Assembly: GCA_963702475.1 (NCBI GenBank)
Contig: CAVPCT010000009.1
Location: 32,001-96,000, forward strand
DNA length: 64,000 nucleotides
Reading direction: 5' to 3'
Source: an uncultured Thermoleophilia bacterium
GTDB taxonomy: Bacteria; Actinomycetota; Thermoleophilia; UBA2241
Position numbers and translations under genes: made by a program. The stretch's first letter is position 1; each line of letters begins with the position of its first letter. Positions 30,488-42,032 of the stretch are shown here, one piece after another. Under the pieces are notes generated by a model. It searched no databases, was not told the DNA's origin, and worked only from the letters and a program-made list of their open reading frames with translations.

Positions 30488-31582
30488 GTGAGCGGTGACG
30501 ACGACAGGTACATGGAACAGGCGTTCGCGTTCGCCGAGACGGGCCGCGGCCGCACGCATCCCAACCCGCTGGTGGGCGCCGTGCTGGTGAAGGACGGCGT
30601 CGTGGTCGGGACGGGGTCGCACCTCGCCGTGGGCGAGGCGCACGCCGAGGTCGTGGCGCTGGAGGCCGCCGGCGAGTTGGCGCGCGGGGCCACGCTGTAC
30701 TGCACGCTCGAGCCGTGCAGCCACCATGGCCTCACGCCCCCGTGCGCGGACGCGCTCGTGGCGGCGGGCATAGGGCGCGCCGTGATCGCATTGGAGGACC
30801 CGAACCCTCTGGTCGGGGGGCGCGGACTGCGCCTGCTGCGCGACGCCGGCGTCGACGTGGAGCTCGCCGGCGAAGAGTGGCGGACACGCGCACGCAGGCA
30901 GAACGCGCCGTTTCTCAAGTTCCACACCTGCGGTCTGCCGCTGGTGACGTACAAGGCGGCGGTGACCCTGGACGGAAAGGTCGCGGCGGCCGGCGGCGAT
31001 GCCCGCTGGATCAGCTGCCTCGACAGCCGCCGCGCCGTGCACGAACTGCGCGCGCAGGTGGACGCCGTCCTGGTCGGCGCCGGCACCGTGCGTCGCGACG
31101 ACCCGGAGCTCACGGTGCGGCTCGCCGAGGGCAGGGACCCGGTGCGCGTCGTGGCGACACGCGACGGCTGGCTGCCCGAGGACTCCAGAGTGCTGACGAC
31201 GGCGCACAAGGTGCCGACCATCGTGCTCGCCGAGCACGCCTCGGACGCCGCGCGGCACCTGCTTGCGGCGCGCGGCGCCGAGCTCCTCGAGTACGGCGAC
31301 GGCGGCATGCGCGCCGGCCTCGCGGCGCTCGCGGCGCGCGGCCTGCTCGACGTGCTCTGCGAGGGCGGCCCCACCCTGGCCGGCGATCTGCTTGCTCACG
31401 GCCTGGTGGACCGCCTGCTGCTGTTCGTGGCGCCGCTCATCGTCGGGCGCGGCGCGCCCGACCTGTTCGCGGCGCCGGCCGTCGGCTCCGTCGCGGAGGC
31501 CTGGCGGCTGCGCGACATCGAGTGGCGGCAGGTCTGCGACGACCTGCTGCTCAGCGGCACGCTGACGCCCGAGGACACCTGA
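30488..31582 (+). CDS. ribD: Riboflavin biosynthesis deaminase/reductase
   Basis: PNPLVGAV, HAE, TLEPCSHHGLTPPC, TLDGK, EGGPTL. Confidence 0.95.
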   Translation: MSGDDDRYMEQAFAFAETGRGRTHPNPLVGAVLVKDGVVVGTGSHLAVGEAHAEVVALEAAGELARGATLYCTLEPCSHHGLTPPCADALVAAGIGRAVIALEDPNPLVGGRGLRLLRDAGVDVELAGEEWRTRARRQNAPFLKFHTCGLPLVTYKAAVTLDGKVAAAGGDARWISCLDSRRAVHELRAQVDAVLVGAGTVRRDDPELTVRLAEGRDPVRVVATRDGWLPEDSRVLTTAHKVPTIVLAEHASDAARHLLAARGAELLEYGDGGMRAGLAALAARGLLDVLCEGGPTLAGDLLAHGLVDRLLLFVAPLIVGRGAPDLFAAPAVGSVAEAWRLRDIEWRQVCDDLLLSGTLTPEDT

Positions 31583-31605
31583 GATGTCGCGCGGAGACAC
31601 CTGAC

Positions 31606-32244
31606 GTGTTCACCGGCATCGTCGAGGAGGTCGGCACGCTGCGCTCCTTGCGCGTCGGCGACAAGAGCGCCGCGCTGGAGATCTCGGCGAACGTCGTCAC
31701 GCAGGAGCTTGCGGTCGGCGACAGCGTGCTCACCGACGGCGTGTGCCTCACGGTCACGGCCGTGCGGCCGGCCGGTTTCACCGCCGACGTCATGCCCGAG
31801 ACGGTGCGCCGCACCACGCTGTCGGACCGCCGCCCCGGCGACCGCCTTAATCTCGAGCGTGCGCTCACGCTGCGCTCGCGCCTGGGCGGCCACCTCGTCA
31901 GTGGCCACGTGGACGGTGTCGGCGCCGTCGTCTCGGTGAAGCCCGAGGACAACGCCCTCGTGGTCGCCGTCGACGCTCCTGCCGCCGTCGCCGACGTGAG
32001 TGTCGCGCAGGGCTCCGTCGCCCTCGACGGCGTCAGCCTCACCATCGTCGCCGTCGAGGGACGGCGCCTCACCGTTTCGCTCATCCCGCACACCGCCGCC
32101 GTGACCACGCTGACACGGCTGGCGTCCGGCGTGCGGGTCAACCTCGAGGCCGACCTGATCGCCAAGTACGTGTACGCGTTCGTCCACGGCCGCAGGCCGG
32201 AGGCCGGACTCACCTGGGAGAGACTTGCGGAAGCGGGGTTCTGA
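31606..32244 (+). CDS. ribE: Riboflavin synthase
   Basis: (M)FTGIVEE N-terminus, GVCLTV, NLERA, GGHLVSGHVD. Confidence 0.95.
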   Translation: MFTGIVEEVGTLRSLRVGDKSAALEISANVVTQELAVGDSVLTDGVCLTVTAVRPAGFTADVMPETVRRTTLSDRRPGDRLNLERALTLRSRLGGHLVSGHVDGVGAVVSVKPEDNALVVAVDAPAAVADVSVAQGSVALDGVSLTIVAVEGRRLTVSLIPHTAAVTTLTRLASGVRVNLEADLIAKYVYAFVHGRRPEAGLTWERLAEAGF

Positions 32245-32245
32245 C

Positions 32246-33523
32246 ATGACCACCCACGACTCACGCCACGGGGGCAACGGCTCCGGTAGCCCCTTCGCCA
32301 CCGTTCCCGAGGCGCTCGACGACCTGCGCGAGGGCAAGATGGTCATCGTCTGCGACGACGAGGACCGCGAGAACGAGGGCGATCTCACGATGGCCGCCCA
32401 GTTCGCCAGCGCCGAGCGCATCAACTTCATGGCCAAGGAGGGCCGCGGGCTCGTGTGTCTCACGCTCACGCCGCAGCGCTGCGCCGAGCTCAACCTGCCG
32501 CCCATGACGCCGAAGAACGAGGCCCACCTGCAGACCGCCTTCACCGTGTCCATCGAGGCGCGCGAGGGCGTGACCACGGGCATATCCGCCGCCGACCGCG
32601 CCCACACGATCCAGGTGGCGATCGACTCGGAGTCGAGGCCGACCGACCTGGTGCAGCCCGGACACGTGTTCCCGCTCATGGCGCGCCCGGGCGGCGTACT
32701 CGAGCGCGCCGGGCAGACCGAGGCCGGCGTGGATCTCGCCCGTCTCGCCGGCCTGTACCCGGCCTCGGTCATCTGCGAGATCATGAACGACGACGGCACC
32801 ATGGCGCGCGTCCCCGACCTGATCCCGTACGCGCAGCTGCACGGCCTCAAGATCATCACGGTGGCCGATCTCATCAAGTACCGGCGGCGGAACGAGAAGC
32901 TCATCCGTCGCGGCGCCACCGTCTCGATGCCGACCAGGTACGGCGACTTCAAGGCCATCGGCTACGAGTCGGTCATCGACGGGTCGCATCACGTGGCGCT
33001 CGTCAAGGGCGAGCCGGCGGGGCACAGGGACGTGCTCGTACGCGTCCACTCCGAGTGCCTCACCGGCGACGCCTTCGGCTCGCTGCGCTGCGACTGCGGC
33101 GAGCAGCTGGCCGAGGCCATGCGCCGCATCGAGGAGGAGGGCCTCGGGGTGGTGCTCTACATGCGCCAGGAGGGCCGCGGCATCGGCCTGCTCAACAAGC
33201 TCAAGGCCTACGCCCTTCAGGAACAGGGACTCGACACGGTCGACGCCAACGTGGAGCTGGGGTTCGCCCCCGACCTGCGGGACTACGGGATCGGCGCGCA
33301 GATCCTCGCCGACCTCGGCCTCTCCACCATCCGCATCATGACCAACAACCCCAAGAAGATCGTGGCCCTGGAGGGGTACGGGCTGAAGATCACGGGGCGC
33401 GAGCACATCGAGGTCGCGCCGCAGGACGGCAACCTGGCGTATCTGCGCACCAAGAAGGACAGGATGGGCCACCTGCTCGAGCACGAGGATCTCTTCGGGC
33501 AGGACGAGGGACCGGAGGGCTGA
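32246..33523 (+). CDS. ribBA: Bifunctional DHBP synthase / GTP cyclohydrolase II
   Basis: [46 protein letters not shown]. Confidence 0.96.
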   Translation: MTTHDSRHGGNGSGSPFATVPEALDDLREGKMVIVCDDEDRENEGDLTMAAQFASAERINFMAKEGRGLVCLTLTPQRCAELNLPPMTPKNEAHLQTAFTVSIEAREGVTTGISAADRAHTIQVAIDSESRPTDLVQPGHVFPLMARPGGVLERAGQTEAGVDLARLAGLYPASVICEIMNDDGTMARVPDLIPYAQLHGLKIITVADLIKYRRRNEKLIRRGATVSMPTRYGDFKAIGYESVIDGSHHVALVKGEPAGHRDVLVRVHSECLTGDAFGSLRCDCGEQLAEAMRRIEEEGLGVVLYMRQEGRGIGLLNKLKAYALQEQGLDTVDANVELGFAPDLRDYGIGAQILADLGLSTIRIMTNNPKKIVALEGYGLKITGREHIEVAPQDGNLAYLRTKKDRMGHLLEHEDLFGQDEGPEG

Positions 33524-33579
33524 GGCGCTTCGCCGCAGCCCCGCCGGACGCGACGACCACCAGCAGAAGGAGCCGCACG

Positions 33580-34044
33580 ATGACCACCTACGAAGGCATG
33601 CTCAACGGCACGGGGATGAAGTTCGCCCTGGTCGTCGGGCGTTTCAACGAGCTCATCAGCAGCCGCCTGTACGACGGCGCCCTGGACTGCCTGCGGCGGC
33701 ACGACGTCGCCGACGGCGATGTGGACACCGCCTGGGTGCCGGGCGCCTTCGAGATCCCGCTCGTGGCCAAGAAGCTCGCCGAGAGCGGCAAGTACGACGC
33801 CGTGATCTGCCTGGGCGCGGTCATCCGCGGCGGCACGCCGCACTTCGACTACGTGGCCGGCGAGGCCGCCAAGGGCATCGCCAAGGTGAGCCTGGACACC
33901 GGCGTCCCGGTCATCTTCGGCGTGCTCACCACCGACTCCATCGAGCAGGCCGTGGAGCGCGCCGGCAGCAAGGCCGGCAACAAGGGCTGGGCCGCCGCCG
34001 CCACGGCCATCGAGATGGTGAGCCTGGGGCGCACGCTGCCCTGA
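33580..34044 (+). CDS. ribH: 6,7-dimethyl-8-ribityllumazine synthase
   Basis: [36 protein letters not shown]. Confidence 0.96.
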   Translation: MTTYEGMLNGTGMKFALVVGRFNELISSRLYDGALDCLRRHDVADGDVDTAWVPGAFEIPLVAKKLAESGKYDAVICLGAVIRGGTPHFDYVAGEAAKGIAKVSLDTGVPVIFGVLTTDSIEQAVERAGSKAGNKGWAAAATAIEMVSLGRTLP

Positions 34045-34257
34045 CCGGCGCCGCCGGCCCCGGCCGACCGGTCCTGCCGGCGGTCGGGGGCCCGGCCCGC
34101 GCTCTCTGTGGCGACGACCGCCGCGGGCGGTCGTGCTCTGGTAGCATCTGAGATATTCCGTGGCTCGGCCCGCCCGGTCCGATGGCCGGTCGTGCGGGTT
34201 CTGCCGGCCGGGCACGTGGTGCGCGCTGCGTCCCGCAACGACGGACAGGAGCAGGCG

Positions 34258-34977
34258 GTGAGCGAGCAGGACGAGCTGATGGAGCTGTTCGAGCGGTTCT
34301 CGCCGCTCGGGGTCAACGGGCTCAAGCCGTCACAAGCCGCGCGCATCCACCGCGAGCTGCGGGTGTCCATCACCCTCGGCGAGCTGCGACCGGGCGCCGT
34401 GATCGTCGAGGGTGCTCTGGCGGAGCAGTTCGGCGCGTCCAAGACCCCCGTGCGCGAGGCGCTTCGCCAGCTGCAGCACGAAGGGCTCGTGAACGTGCTT
34501 CCCCGCAAGGGGTACGTGGTCAGCTCGTTCGGTCTGGACGATCTTCTGGACGTGTACGCGCTGCGCAGCCTGCTGCAGCCTCCGCTCGCCGCCGCCGCCG
34601 CGCGGAACAGCGACGAGCGGTTGCTGCGCGAGCTCGCCGCCGCCGCGCGGCGGGACTTCGAGGCGACCACGTACCTCGCCGGGCTGGTCGCGGGCGTTGA
34701 GTTCCAGATCGTCATCGCTCAAGCTGCCCGCAACGGTCGCGCGGCGCGCGTGGTCACGGAGCTGATGCTGGAAGCGATGCGCTTCTGGCTCCTCGTGCCA
34801 CCGCCCTCCGGGATGCTCCAGGAGGCGCTCGGCTTCCAGCGCGAGGTCTACGCGGAGCTGCAGGTCGCCATGACGTCCCACGACGAGGAGGCAGCGTCCC
34901 GTGTCATGGCCGACGTCGTGGAGAGGTCGAGGCGGGAGATGGCGTCGCGCATGATGTCGAGGGGACTGACGCCCTGA
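34258..34977 (+). CDS. GntR-family transcriptional regulator (FCD-type)
   Basis: wHTH LAEQFGASKTPVREALRQLQHEGLV..PRKG. Confidence 0.88.
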   Translation: MSEQDELMELFERFSPLGVNGLKPSQAARIHRELRVSITLGELRPGAVIVEGALAEQFGASKTPVREALRQLQHEGLVNVLPRKGYVVSSFGLDDLLDVYALRSLLQPPLAAAAARNSDERLLRELAAAARRDFEATTYLAGLVAGVEFQIVIAQAARNGRAARVVTELMLEAMRFWLLVPPPSGMLQEALGFQREVYAELQVAMTSHDEEAASRVMADVVERSRREMASRMMSRGLTP

Positions 34978-35037
34978 CCTCGAGCGCCTTGCCCCCCGAC
35001 TGTCTCGGGACGCGCACGTTCGCGAGGTGCTCCCCCG

Positions 35038-36461
35038 TCAGGATGTGCGCGCGGCGGCGGTCGCGGCGAGGCAGGCCTCGATGGTCGCCTCCGCCTCCTC
35101 GGGCAACGTGAACGCCGGCTCGGCGGCCCGCAGCTCTGCGACCCTGGCGCGTAGTCTCGCGACGAGGTCGAGGGCGCCGTCGGCACGCCAGTGGTCGTGC
35201 GGCCACTGGTCCAGCAGTGCGGCGACGCGGTAGTCGCGCACGTGCTGTCGCGTGTAGCGACGGGCGAGGTGGTTGCCGCGCGGACCGACCGCCTCGATCT
35301 CCTCCAGGGCCAGGGTGACTTCATCGACCGGGACGCCCCTCTCGAACGCGTCGAGGTAGTCCACCAGCTCGTCGGTGAAGACGACCGCCTCGTAGGAGCT
35401 CTGCAGGCCCGACTCGAGGAACCCGAGGTCGTGCACCAGCGTGGCCCGTGAGAGAGCGCCGAGCGCCAGAGTGACGGCGGTCTCGGCCGCCCACTGCCCG
35501 TCGAGCAGGTTCGAGTCGGAGGCGCCACCAAGGGTGAACGACGGCAGGCCGTAGAAGCGTGCGAGGTCGCAGCACGCGTGCTGGACTGCGTAGGCCTCTG
35601 GGGCGCAGTAGAGCATGCTCCCACTGCGCAGGTTGAGGGCGCCTTGGGCGACCCCGTAGACGAAGGGGGCGGCGGGACTGGCGAGCTGCGTGATGACGAG
35701 TCCGCTCAGCGTCTCCGCGTTGCCGGTGACGGCGACGGCCGCCCGGGACATGGGCGCCGTCGCCCCGGCCGACGGCGCCGTGGCGTACACCATCGGGATG
35801 CCGAGCTCTGCGCACACGACCAGCTTGTCGACGGCCTCGCGCTCATGGGAGAGCGGCGACGCCGGCATGGCGTAGATGGCGAAGCTCCGCGCCTCGCCGC
35901 AGGCAGCCGCCATCTCGCGCATGGCGGGGAGGATGCGGCCGTCGCGGGCCGACAGGATGACCGGCTTCCTCGAGCCGCGCAGCATGGCCGCGAACTGAGC
36001 CAGGTCGTCGATCTCCTGCGGCACGTCCGCCGGCAGGCCCATGGACATGACGAAGTCGATGTGGGGCAGCTGCTCCGAGACGGCGGCGATGCCGCGGATG
36101 TCGGCGACGGTCGCGCGCCGCCGTTCGCCGGACTCCGGGTCGCTCACATACAGGCAGTCCGACCCGGTGCCGTAGTAGGTGTGCGCGGTGTCCATGACGA
36201 GCGTTGCCGTGGCGCCGCGCGACGGCAGCTCGAACGACTTCGGCGCCGAGGCCAGGGCGTCGGCGACGAGTCCGCGGGGATGCGCGCGCGCACGCCGCTC
36301 ACGTCGGCGCCGGCGTCCTCGAGGAGCTCCAGCGCGCCCTGGTGGTGGACGTCGACGCCCGTCGTGGAGAGGATCCGCAGCGTCGCCTGGTGGACGGCGG
36401 CGCACGTCTCCTCGTCCCACATGCGCAGCGCCGGGTTCTCGTTCGGTCCGGTGGTGGTCAC
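35038..36461 (-). CDS. Trimethylamine-methyltransferase (MttB) family protein, non-pyrrolysine (frameshift near 36280)
   Basis: VHQATLRILSTTGV, GATAPMSRAA, GNAETLSGLVITQL..PFVYG, YGLPS, SDSNLLDGQ, GFLESGL; no in-frame amber codon. Confidence 0.87.
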
Positions 36462-38183
36462 GATCCGCTCCCCTCTCTGTGGTCCTTTGGCCTCAACCCG
36501 TCGGCGACGGCGCAGCGACGGGGGTCGGCGACCGCGGTGTACGTGCCGTCTCTCCCGTCGCGGGCGATCATCGCGAACGACCCCATGTGGTAGTCGTAGC
36601 CGGCGACCACCGAGACGCGGACCCCGAGGCGGTGCAGGCCCGCTATCGCCTCGGGCGTGAGGCGGTCCTCCACCGTGACCTCCCGGGCCTCGGTCATGGG
36701 GAGCATGCGTGGGGCGTCGACCGCCGCCACGGGATCGAGGCCCAGGTCGAGCGCGTACGCCAGCACCTGCGGGACCGTGCAGTACACGTTGCCGGGGGTC
36801 CCCAGCGAGAGGATGGGCCGGCCGTCCCGGAGGACGAAGGTGTTGCCGACGCAATTGCGCGGTCGCGCGCCCTTGACGAGCGTGGCGTCCAGGGCGCTGG
36901 TGAGCGCTCCGAAAGTGACGTGGCTCCCGACCATGGGGACGCCGCCGACGACCATCCCGGGGATGCCCGAGGCCTGTAGCGTGTCCATCATCTGCACCCA
37001 GTTGCCGGCGGCGTCCACGACGGCCAGCTCGCAGGAGCCGGTGGGCCGGTCCGAGTCCGGCCTGGCGGAGCGCGGACGGCCGCCGCCCGCCGCGAGGGCG
37101 GCGAAGACGTCCCCGCCGGCGTCCGTGGCAAGGCGCAGATGCTCCGTCAGGTCCACGGTGGGGCGTGCAGCGCGGATCATCCTCGCGAGGTGGGCGTGGT
37201 AGGCGTCGTCGAGGACCTCGTCGCGGGGGACCCCGTAGATCGTGTCGTCCTGGGCGTACTCCCAGTGCCGCGCGGCCTGGCGCAGCGCGTGCCCCATCAT
37301 CCAGACGTGCTCGGCGGAGCACGGCTCCACATCGCGGATGCCGAGGTGCTTCAGGACACCCAGGGCGACGCCGATGAACAGGCCCTGCGTCTGCGGCGGG
37401 CCCAGGCTGACGATCTCGGCATCGTGGTGCCGGTAGCGCAGCGGTTCGACCCACCGCGGCGGCGTCTCCGTCATGTGCTCCGGGCGGATGGCCCAGCCCA
37501 TCTCGTTCGCCCTGGCGACGAACTGCCGGGCCCAGGGCCCGGTGATCATGTGGTCCGGCCCCTCCTCGGCGACGCCGCGCAGGGTCTCGGCGAGGCCCTG
37601 TGGGACCATCGTCTCGCCGACGTTGGGGAACCTGCCGTCAGGCTGGAAGAAGTCGCGTCCCTCGGGGAAGTAGGTGATGAACCGGTCGGCGAACACGTAG
37701 ACGCCGTACTCGAAGGTCGACACGGCGTGGCCCCGCTCCGCCCACAGCACGGCGTCCTCGCACAGGTCGGCCCAGGGCAGGGAGCAGAACCGCCGGTGTA
37801 CCTCCTTGAGGGCCGGCATGAAGCCCGGGATGACGGCCGCGGGTGGCACCGCCGCGTACGGGCCGGTGCCGGCGGGCACCGGCTTGAACGGCGGCAGCCC
37901 TGACGGGAAGGTGCCGCTGCCGTCGAGCTGGTGGATCGTGCCGGTCTCTCGCCTCGTAGTAGAGGAACGAGATCAGGCCGGCGTGGTTGGTCATGAACGG
38001 CTCCACGGCGGCCTGGACCATGGCGCCGGCGACGGCGGCGTCGGCGGCGTTGCCGCCTCGTCGGAGCACGTTCACCATCGTCTCGGTCACGATGGCCGAG
38101 TCGGTGCTCACGGCGGCCGTGAGGCCTCGTGGGGACGGCTTCGGACCGGGGTCCACCAGGTAGCGCCGGAGATCGTCGGTCAT
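36458..38183 (-). CDS. Gamma-glutamyltransferase family protein (frameshift near 37950)
   Basis: LRRGGNAADAAVA..VEP, IPG, LPWADL, GPP, AVDAPR, VADPRR. Confidence 0.85.
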
Positions 38184-38400
38184 GACCGCACCCTCCCTCA
38201 TCGTCAGGCCGTACCTTGACAACGCATCTGAAGTATCTTACAAGCATCCGACATCGGACGGACGGCGTCCAGTCCTGCGCCGACAGGGCTCTGAGTCCGG
38301 GTGTCGCCCGACCCGGGGGCCGGTCGCCGGAAGCTGGGTGACGCCGGCCGCGGAGCGGAGGAGCGTCCGACCGTCGCGACGCTCGTGAGACGGGAGGCGC

Positions 38401-40499
38401 ATGAGCGGACCCCACGGCAGCTCCGGCGGAGCCGCAGGCCTGTGCGCGTGGAGGCGGGCGGCCTGGAGTACGACGACCCCTTCGTGTGGCTCGAGGAGGA
38501 GAGCGCCGAGACGCTCGCGTGGCAGGCGGCGCAGAACGCCGTCGCCGAGCGCCGCCTGCGGGGTGTCGAGGGCTTCGAGGCCCTCAGGGCGCGACTCGCC
38601 GCCTGCCTCGAGGCCACCTACGTCAGCGCCCCGCATCAGTGTGGCGAGCGCTGGCTGCGCCTGGCGCACGGCGACGACGGCGAGCGCATCGAGACGTGCC
38701 GCAGGGCCGGCCGGTCCGTGGCGCTCCGTGTTCTCGGTCGCCGGCCTCTCCGAGCCGGGCAACACGGCCTCGCTCGACTGGTTCTTCCCCTCGCCCGACG
38801 GCCGTTTCGCGGCGGTGGGGATCTCGTGGGGCGGCGACGAGCAGTGCGTCCTGCGCCTGCTGGACGTCGAGCGCGCGGAGCTTCTCCCCGTCGCCGTGCC
38901 CGACACGTGGTTCGCGCGGGTGGCCTGGCTCCCCGATTCCGGCGGCTGCTACTTCCCGACCGGCGACTTCATGGAGGCCAGGCCCCGCGATCCTCTGCTT
39001 CCTGCGGCCGGGAGACGCCGCGCCGCTGCGGGAATCCCTCGCGGGCGTCGGCGTTCGAGTCGGCGTCGCCGGAGGCGCCCGCCGGCTACCCGCAGGTGTC
39101 CGCGGACGGCCGCTGGCTGACGCTCGCGAGCGAGCGTTCGGCGGCCGCGTCGCCCTCGCCCGGCGACTGCCCGGACGGCGAGTGGTTCGAGGTGCTCGAG
39201 GACACGCATGACCGGCCGGGCCTACGGCTTCGTCGACGGCGACGACTACGTGGCCATCGTCACCGAGGGCGCCCCGCGCGGCAGGCTCGTGCGCGTGCCG
39301 CTGCGAGACCGCCCGCGACCGCACCACGTGGGTCGAGGTGCGTACCGGAGTCCGACGAGGTGCTCGTGAGCGTCGACCTCGTCGCCGGCCACTACGTGGT
39401 CGCAGGGCTCGTCGGCACGGCCGCGCGTCGTCCGCGTCCTCGACCGGCAGGGGGCCCTCGTCGCCGAGGTGCCGCTGCCGGAACGCGGCGTCGTGGCCGA
39501 GCAGGCGTACAGCGGCAACTACAAGATCTTCCCGCCCATGGAGGGCGGCAGCGTCGTCCCGTGCGGCGAGGGCTTCACGTTCACGTTCGCCGCCCCCGGC
39601 AGCGCGCCGGCGACGTACCTCTACGACATCCCGCCGCGCCGTCTGACCCTGCTCGAGCCGCCGGCGGTCGTCCTGGACGACGTCACCGCGGAGCTGCGCG
39701 CGCTTCCGGCCCCGCCGGGCGCGAGGTGACGTACACGCTCGTCTCGCCGGCGGGCGCCCTGCCCGACGGGCCGCGGCCGACCCTCATCTTCGGCTACGGC
39801 GGGTTCAACGCCGCCTTCGTGCCCGACCTATCTCGGCAAGCTCGCTCCCTTCGTGCGAGGCCGGCGGCAACGTCGTCATCCCCAATCTCGCCGGGGGCGG
39901 CGAGTACGGCGAGGAGCAATGGCAGGCGGGTCGCATGGCCGCCAAGCAGGGCACCTTCGACGACCTCTACGCGATCGCCGAGGCTCTGGTCGCCGACGGC
40001 GTCACCACGCGCGGACCAGCTCGGCCTCGTGGGTGAGTCCAACGGCGGACTGCTGCGCGGCCGCGGCCGTCGCGCAGCGGCCCGACCTGTGGGGCGCCGT
40101 GTGCGTCCAGGTCCCGCTCGACGGACATGCTGCGCGCCCCGCTGGACCCGTTCGGCGCGGCCGTCACCATGGAGTACGGCGACCCGTCGTCACCCGACGA
40201 CGCGCCGCGCCTCATGGCCTGGTCGCCGTACCACAACCTGCGCGAGACCGAGTATCCGCCGGTGCTCGTGTGGACCGCGCGAGAACGACTCGCGCTGCGC
40301 TCCGTGGCACGCGCGCAAGTTCGCGGCGCGCCTGCAGCAAGTCGAACCGCTGCGTCCAGCCCCGATCCTGCTGCGCGCCCGCGCCGACGGCGGCCACCTG
40401 AGCGTCGGCACCGACCCCGACCAGGTGGCCGAGTGGCTCGGCTTCCTGATGCCCGCGCTGGGGCTGCCGCTGCCGGGCGCGGCGCGGCAGCAGGCATGA
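38401..40499 (+). CDS. Prolyl oligopeptidase (S9) family serine peptidase, multiple frameshifts
   Basis: DDPFVWLEE, PSPDGR, GYGGFN, GESNGGLL nucleophile elbow, EYGDP, WSPYHN, NDSRC, GGH. Confidence 0.82.
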
Positions 40500-40523
40500 G
40501 CGGCGGGCGAGTCCGAGGGAGGC

Positions 40524-42032
40524 GTGAGGAGCGACACCACGCCGAGCGTCGCCGACCGGCTCTGGCCTGAGGAGGCGCTCGAGGCCATCCACGCGGCCTC
40601 GCTGGAGGTGCTGGCCCGCGCCGGCGTCCGTGTCGAGTCGGCGCGCGCCCGGGACGTGCTGCTGAGGGCGGGCTGCCGCGAGGGTCCGGACGGGCGGGTG
40701 CTGGTCCCCGAGGGCGTGGTGACGGAGGCCCTGGCGGCGTGTCCGCCGTCGTTCGGGGTGGCCGCCGGCCCCGGCGGCCACGACCTTCTGGTCGACGCCG
40801 CAGCCGGCCCAGACCTACGTGCACAACGTCGGCGACACGCGCGACGCCGTCGACCCGCGCACGGGGGAGACGCGCCGTGCAGAGGTCGCCGACCTGGCGC
40901 GCATGACCCGCGTGCTCCACCACCTCGACAACGTCGACGCTATCGTGCCGCCGCATCAGCCTGCCGGGGTCCCAGACGTGCTCGAGGACCTGTACGCGCT
41001 GCTGGTGATGGCGGCGGAGACGCACAAGCCCGTGATCGGTCCCGGCATCTCCTCGTCGTTCCAGGTGCGCCACCTCCGCGAGATGTCGGTGGCGCGCACC
41101 GGCGCCGACGGGTCGGGCGGCCGTCACGCCTGCCTCTTCGGCTTCTCACCGGTCAGCCCGCTGCGGCTGGGCGGGGAAGTGAGCGAGGCGATGCTGGACG
41201 CGGCGGCGCTGGGCGGCGTCGCCTTCCTGGCGCTGCCGTGCCCGCAGATCGGCACCACGGCGCCGGGCAGCCTCAGCGCCGCCTTGGCGCTGCAGAACGC
41301 CGAGGCGCTCGCGGTGATCGCGCTCCTGGAGTCGGCGCAGCCGGGCGCGCCGGTGCTGTTCGGGGCGCGCCTCTCCGGCATCGACCCCCGGAGCGGCCGC
41401 TTCACCACCGGCACGCCCGAGATGGGCCTGACGGCCGTCGCCGCCGTGCTGCTGGCGCGGTCCTACGGCCTGGCGGCCGACTGTTTCGGCCCCACGAGCT
41501 GCGCGCGGGTGATCGACGCGCAGTTCGGCTGGCAACACGCCGTCAACGCCTTCCTCGGCCTCGTGGCCGCCCCGCGGTTCCTCAGCGGCGCCGCCGACAT
41601 GCACTCCGCCGAGGGCACGTGTCCCGAGTCCGCCGTGCTCGACGACGAGATCCTCGGCGATCTGAGATACGCGTGCGGACCGCGGGCCTTCGATGGAGAG
41701 GCGCTGGACGTGGACGCCATCGTCGACGGCGCGCTGCGCGGCGGGTACCTGGGCGCGAAGCACACCCGCCGCTACCTGCGCGCCGAGCTGCGGCGGCCGG
41801 GCGTGGCCTTCGTCGGTGAGCGGCGCGAGTGGGCGGAGACGGGCTACGCGAGCGTGGTCGACGCGGCGTCGGAGCGGGCCGCGGAGCTCATCGCCAGAGG
41901 TCCGCTGGGTCTGGACGACGGGCTCGCAGCCATGTTCGCCGAGACGATGGCCGCCGCCGCGTCGGAGGCGGGGCTCGGCGAGTGGCCCGACCCCCGCGCG
42001 GTGCTCGCGGCCTCGCGGAGGTGCGCGCGTGA
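40524..42032 (+). CDS. Second MttB-family methyltransferase, non-pyrrolysine (frameshifts near 40800 and at 3' end)
   Basis: IHAASLEVLARAGV, SPVSPLRL, GTTAPGSLSAAL..NAEALA, PGAPVLFG, GTPE, DAQFG, LDDEI; no amber codon. Confidence 0.84.

Noticed and set aside
31574-31604. GACACCTGA repeated at the ribD-ribE junction
   Set aside because: Only 9 bp; likely local slippage with no evident function
35038-42032. Pyrrolysine (amber) readthrough in the MttB genes
   Set aside because: No in-frame TAG in either gene and no pyl genes in the window
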